From a bacterium (GTDB taxonomy: Bacteria; SAR324; NAC60-12), in NCBI GenBank assembly GCA_965233585.1, contig CBDDTI010000747.1, forward strand, positions 288,001 through 352,000: DNA of 64,000 bases. The letters run 5' to 3'. The notes below the pieces were generated by a model. That model was not told the origin of the DNA, made no database searches, and saw nothing but the letters and a program-made list of their open reading frames with translations. A program made the position numbers and the translations under genes. Positions 59,915-64,000 of the stretch are shown piece by piece; the stretch's first letter is position 1, and each line of letters opens with the position of its first letter.

Positions 59915-61360
59915 CTAGTTAAAACGAATCCGTATGTGTTTCAAATTCAAGTATTCAAGAAGTCCTTCACGACCATGTTCTACTCCTACGCCACTTTGTT
60001 TCCAACCTCCATAAGGAGCATTGATGATGCCTGCATCAACTGTGTTCACTGCCACATTGCCACAATGCAAATGTTGTGTGAGAAAACGCATCTCATCTAA
60101 ATTCTTGGTATAAGCATAAGCAGCGAGTCCAAAAGGTGAATCATTTGCCATCTTGACAGCTTCCTCCAAGTTCTCATACTTTGAAACCCCTACTAAAGGA
60201 CCAAAGGTTTCTTCTGTCATCACTTTCATAGAGTGGTTACAATCTGCAAGCACGGTAGGACGGAAAAAACGACCCTTTTTGAATTTTTCTCCATGAGGGG
60301 GAGAGCCTCCACAAACCAAATTTGCTCCTTTGTCTAAACCATCTTGCAAATGTTGCAAAGTCTTGTCTAGCACTTCTTGAGAACAGATTGCCCCTAAATC
60401 AGCACTTGGATTGTCCAACCCATCATCTACAACCAGAGCATCGGTTGCAGTAGCCAATTTTTGCAGAAAGGTTTGATAGATGTCACAAGCAACATAAATG
60501 CGATTGATTGCAATACAAATTTGTCCACAATTCCTAAAAGAACGACGAACTGCTCCTTTGACAGCATCATCTAAATTGGCTGACGTTGTCACAACCATTG
60601 GACAACTCCCTCCTAGCTCTAAAGACATACGTTTGATGTCTGTTGCAGATTGTTGAATGCGTAACCCGACTTGGCTTGAGCCAGTGAAGGCAATTTTATC
60701 AACCAACGGACTTTCTACCATGGCTTGTCCCACAGAAGAACCCGGTCCTGTAATCATATTGACAACACCAGCAGGAAGATTTGCCTCGTGCAAGCAGCCA
60801 ATGATTGCAAGTGGAGAAAGGGGGGTCAGTTCTGGAGGTTTAACGACGATTGTACAACCAGCCGCAAGCGCTGCCGCAACCTTCCAACCAATCAATTCTG
60901 CTGGATAATTCCAAGGAGAAATGGCAGCAACAACGCCAATGGGTTCTTTGACAACAAGACTTTGAAAATCGTTAGAATCATTGGCAATGATTTCTCCAGA
61001 AACACGCGTCGCCTCCTCTGCATAAAAAGTGAACGTGTCAGCCAGCTTTTGAATTTCAGCAACAGCTTCATTGACAGGCTTTCCTTGTTCACTAGTCATT
61101 AAACGTCCAATTTGATGAGAACGTTCTGCCAGCAAAGTTGCAATCTTTTTGAGAAAGTTGGCTCTTTGGATAGGAGGCAAACCAGACCATTCTGGGAAAG
61201 CACGTTTTGCAGACTTCAAAGCCTTTTCTACTTCTTCAGGCAAGGCATAAGGAACATCTCCAATCAGTTCCGAACGTGCTGGATTGAACACTTGAATCTT
61301 TTGACCTTGTCCTTCAACCCATTGTCCATCAATGTACATTTTTTCGTGAATTATAGTCAT
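59915..61360 (-). CDS. NAD-dependent aldehyde dehydrogenase (GabD-like)
   Basis: PWNYP, FTGS, LELGG, GQIC, EETFGP. Confidence 0.92.
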   Translation of the reverse strand: MTIIHEKMYIDGQWVEGQGQKIQVFNPARSELIGDVPYALPEEVEKALKSAKRAFPEWSGLPPIQRANFLKKIATLLAERSHQIGRLMTSEQGKPVNEAVAEIQKLADTFTFYAEEATRVSGEIIANDSNDFQSLVVKEPIGVVAAISPWNYPAELIGWKVAAALAAGCTIVVKPPELTPLSPLAIIGCLHEANLPAGVVNMITGPGSSVGQAMVESPLVDKIAFTGSSQVGLRIQQSATDIKRMSLELGGSCPMVVTTSANLDDAVKGAVRRSFRNCGQICIAINRIYVACDIYQTFLQKLATATDALVVDDGLDNPSADLGAICSQEVLDKTLQHLQDGLDKGANLVCGGSPPHGEKFKKGRFFRPTVLADCNHSMKVMTEETFGPLVGVSKYENLEEAVKMANDSPFGLAAYAYTKNLDEMRFLTQHLHCGNVAVNTVDAGIINAPYGGWKQSGVGVEHGREGLLEYLNLKHIRIRFN

Positions 61361-61370
61361 TTTTTCTAAG

Positions 61371-62435
61371 TCAGAGTGCTAAATCATTTTCTCTATTGAA
61401 GAGGTGTATTTTTTCTAAATTGGGAGACAAAAGAATCTGGTCCCCAGAACGCAACGAACTCTCTCCTTTGACAATGACTTTGAATTGTCCGCTTTCTGTC
61501 TTGACAGTGAGAACACACTTTTCTCCATGAAATTCGTTGACCAAAATTTCACCAAACAAACCTTCCTTCTGACCTGATGCCTCAACAACATCAGTATCTT
61601 CTGGACGAAAACCCAAAGTGAGTTGTTGAGATTTGGTATTTTCAGGCACTTTGATAGAAAATCTGCCAGCCTCGCAAACTGCATGTTGACCCTCCAGCGA
61701 AATGTTTACAAAATTCATAGCAGGGTCTCCTAAAAAGCTGGCAACAAATTTATTTTTAGGTGTTTCCCACAACTCGCGAACTGTTCCAATTTGCTGAATT
61801 TCAGCATGATTCATCACAATAATCCTGTCTGCCAGCATGACAGCTTCTTCTTGGTCATGCGTCACGTAAATTGTAGTAGCATTCAAGTCATCATGGATTC
61901 TGCGAATACGGACGCGAAGTTCTGTGCGTAAGCGATAATCCAGATGAGAAAGAGGCTCGTCAAGAAGCATCACTTTGGGGGAACGAATCAAAGCACGTGC
62001 TAGGGACACACGTTGAGCCTGTCCACCTGACAAAGCTGAGGGACGACGTTTGAGCAGGTCATCAATTTGAAAAATTTTTGCAATGTCTTTGACTTTCTGG
62101 GCAATCGTTGTTCGTTCTACACCACGAGAAACCAAAGGGAAAGCCAAATTATCATACACAGAAAGTGGAGAATACAAAGCATAAGATTCAAAAGCCAAAG
62201 CAACGTTGCGTTGTGCTGGTGAGAGATTGTTAACGACTTGACTGTCAAACATGACCTCACCACGAGACACACTTTCTAATCCTGCAATCATTCTCATTGT
62301 GGAACTCTTGCCACAACCAGAAGGACCAAGCAGTGCTAGAAATTCTCCATCTTGAGCTTGAAAATTGGCTTCTTGCACTGCAACCACATTGCCATCATAA
62401 ATTTTCCAAACCTCGTTTAAAGTGAGCGATGCCAT
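61371..62435 (-). CDS. Carbohydrate ABC transporter ATP-binding subunit
   Basis: GPSGCGKS, LSGGQ, LLDEP, TOBE tail. Confidence 0.95.
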   Translation of the reverse strand: MASLTLNEVWKIYDGNVVAVQEANFQAQDGEFLALLGPSGCGKSSTMRMIAGLESVSRGEVMFDSQVVNNLSPAQRNVALAFESYALYSPLSVYDNLAFPLVSRGVERTTIAQKVKDIAKIFQIDDLLKRRPSALSGGQAQRVSLARALIRSPKVMLLDEPLSHLDYRLRTELRVRIRRIHDDLNATTIYVTHDQEEAVMLADRIIVMNHAEIQQIGTVRELWETPKNKFVASFLGDPAMNFVNISLEGQHAVCEAGRFSIKVPENTKSQQLTLGFRPEDTDVVEASGQKEGLFGEILVNEFHGEKCVLTVKTESGQFKVIVKGESSLRSGDQILLSPNLEKIHLFNRENDLAL

Positions 62436-62506
62436 TTAATACTCTCTAAATTGGTGCTGACGCTTTTTGCAAATGATTTTCACGGTTGTCAAACCTAGAA
62501 GATAGA

Positions 62507-63610
62507 TTAAAAAGAAGCATCAAAAAGATGTCCACGGTCTGGTTTGAACTGAACCCAAACTGACTGCCCAACGGTGAAATTTTCTTTGGTGTCGGCAAAT
62601 CCCCCAAAAAACACGCCTCCCACTTCAAAGTAAATCAGCAACTTGTCCCCATCAGACGCATGTTCAATGGTGTAGATTGGAAGTGAGACCGCATGGTTGA
62701 CCTGTTGTACAGAAACGGCTACCTCACTTGGTCTGACTCCCAAACGACATTGTGTCTGACCTGTCTCCAAACGTTGGTTTGCACTGAGTTGAAGGGTTTC
62801 ATTCAATGGAAATTGAATAGCATCTACTTCAAACTTCAAATCACTTTCAATTTGGATAATCTGACCATCAACCAAGTTCATAGCAGGGTCTCCCAACAAA
62901 TGCCCGACATAATCGGTAGCAGGTTGGTGATAAATTGTTCTAGGCGTGTCAATTTGCAAAACACGTCCTTCATTCAAAATCAAAATACGGTCAGAAAGTC
63001 CAAGAGCTTCACGGAAGTCATGGGTGACGTAAACGATGGTTGCCCCCAAGTTTTTAGCCATTGCTTTCAAATTTGCACGGGCAATCGTTCTTAAATTGGC
63101 GTCAAGGTGAGCAATAGGTTCATCAAGAAGGTAAACATTGGCTTCTCGCACCAAGCAACGTGCCAATGACACCCTTTGCTTTTGCCCTCCTGATAATTGC
63201 ACAGGCATTCGTTCCAACAGATGCCCGATTCCTAATTCATCAGCAACCCATTGCACCTTTTTTTGAATTTCAGAATCATTGATTTTTTTAGATTTAGGAG
63301 AACGTAGAGGAAAAGCGATATTCTCACCAACAGTCAGGTGAGGGTATAGGGCATAATTTTCAAAAGCCATAGCAATATTGCGTTCTTGAATCCCAACACC
63401 TTCTAAAGGTTGACCCTTGATAGAAATCTGCCCTGAGTATCCTTTTTTGATGCCTGCAATGCACTCAAGAATCGTTGTTTTGCCTGCACCAGAGGGACCG
63501 AACAAGGTAAAAAACTCTCCTTCTTGACATGTAAAAGAAACTTCTTTGATTGCTTCTAAGCTGCCAAAAGATTTAGAGACATTTTCTAATTTTAAGAGAC
63601 TCATTTTCAA
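62507..63610 (-). CDS. Carbohydrate ABC transporter ATP-binding subunit
   Basis: GPSGAGKT, LSGGQ, LLDEP; C-terminus may extend to 62446 if a T-run is one base shorter. Confidence 0.93.
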   Translation of the reverse strand: MKMSLLKLENVSKSFGSLEAIKEVSFTCQEGEFFTLFGPSGAGKTTILECIAGIKKGYSGQISIKGQPLEGVGIQERNIAMAFENYALYPHLTVGENIAFPLRSPKSKKINDSEIQKKVQWVADELGIGHLLERMPVQLSGGQKQRVSLARCLVREANVYLLDEPIAHLDANLRTIARANLKAMAKNLGATIVYVTHDFREALGLSDRILILNEGRVLQIDTPRTIYHQPATDYVGHLLGDPAMNLVDGQIIQIESDLKFEVDAIQFPLNETLQLSANQRLETGQTQCRLGVRPSEVAVSVQQVNHAVSLPIYTIEHASDGDKLLIYFEVGGVFFGGFADTKENFTVGQSVWVQFKPDRGHLFDASF

Positions 63611-63655
63611 TCAATTCTTACAGATTGGATTTGTTGTTATTCTAAGGTCAAAACA

Positions 63656-64000
63656 TTATTTTTCACAAACTACAATATATTCTTGTGTCATTGTGCTTAG
63701 TCTTTGATTTTTTTGATTGGTTGGTGAATTTTGAAGAGGCATAGATTTGTTACCGAGTAATCTTTCATAAGTGAAAAGATGAGTAAAATTTTGTTCTTCA
63801 AACTTTTCAGCAATAAATTGATCTGTTGGCAATTGAATATTTTTGACTCTTCTATTTCCAACAACATAAATGATTGTTCCTCCTTTTTTAACACTATCAG
63901 CAATTTTATAAATTGATTGTTCTAAATCGTGATAAAACGAAGAAACCTCTAAAGCTCTTTTATAAGATTCTTTTGAAATATCACTTATGGAAGAAGCAAT
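63656..64000 (-). CDS. 3' end of a DNA amino-methyltransferase (N4-cytosine, MvaI-like), partial; absent from the ORF track
   Basis: Open frame from the window end: ...RALEVSSFYHDL...KKGGTIIYVVGNRRVK..QLPTD...NKSMPLQNSPTN...TMTQEYIVVCEK*. Confidence 0.75.
   Translation of the reverse strand: MASSISDISKESYKRALEVSSFYHDLEQSIYKIADSVKKGGTIIYVVGNRRVKNIQLPTDQFIAEKFEEQNFTHLFTYERLLGNKSMPLQNSPTNQKNQRLSTMTQEYIVVCEK

Noticed and set aside
63697..63903. 68-aa ORF from the track
   Set aside because: Wrong frame; the credible frame is the methyltransferase 63656-64000.
1..64000. tRNA, rRNA or prophage genes
   Set aside because: No cloverleaf or T-loop motifs, rRNA-like segments or phage structural genes were recognised by eye; a covariance-model scan would be needed to exclude small RNAs.

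Overview
64 kb of AT-rich bacterial chromosome; the gene content and flagellar/rpsA/TRAP genes suggest a free-living or host-associated deltaproteobacterium-like lineage such as SAR324 (inference only). The core genes are dsbA-like, nadK, ispE, lipA, astB/astD, rnd, rsmE, glycerate kinase, hemF, flgI/J/M/N, yebC-ruvC-ruvA-ssb, rpsA, hemJ, mutS, two lytic transglycosylases and a pentose/polyol uptake-catabolism operon. The stretch from about 10.8 to 39.3 kb is heavily rearranged. It holds three near-identical 760-bp IS1-family copies, two other IS1-family types, a TRAP operon with an embedded methyltransferase and two lesions, and a compositionally foreign AhpD-SDR-photolyase island. It also holds a tandem pair of FN3/beta-propeller lipoprotein genes with mosaic divergence, one frameshifted at a G6 tract, and many short gene snippets (FkbM/GmrSD chimera, inverted photolyase 5' end, response-regulator 3' end, McrB-like N-terminus). 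Mosaic arrays of GTCA-tagged palindromic repeats occur at 0.3-1.2, 35.1-35.3 and 37.45-37.86 kb. I found no rRNA, tRNA or CRISPR array. The best candidates for something new are the modular repeat arrays, the diversified lipoprotein pair, an IS-mediated ~19-kb inversion signature, and an AST operon that may use an M20 hydrolase in place of AstE. All calls come from reading the sequence; no searches were run.
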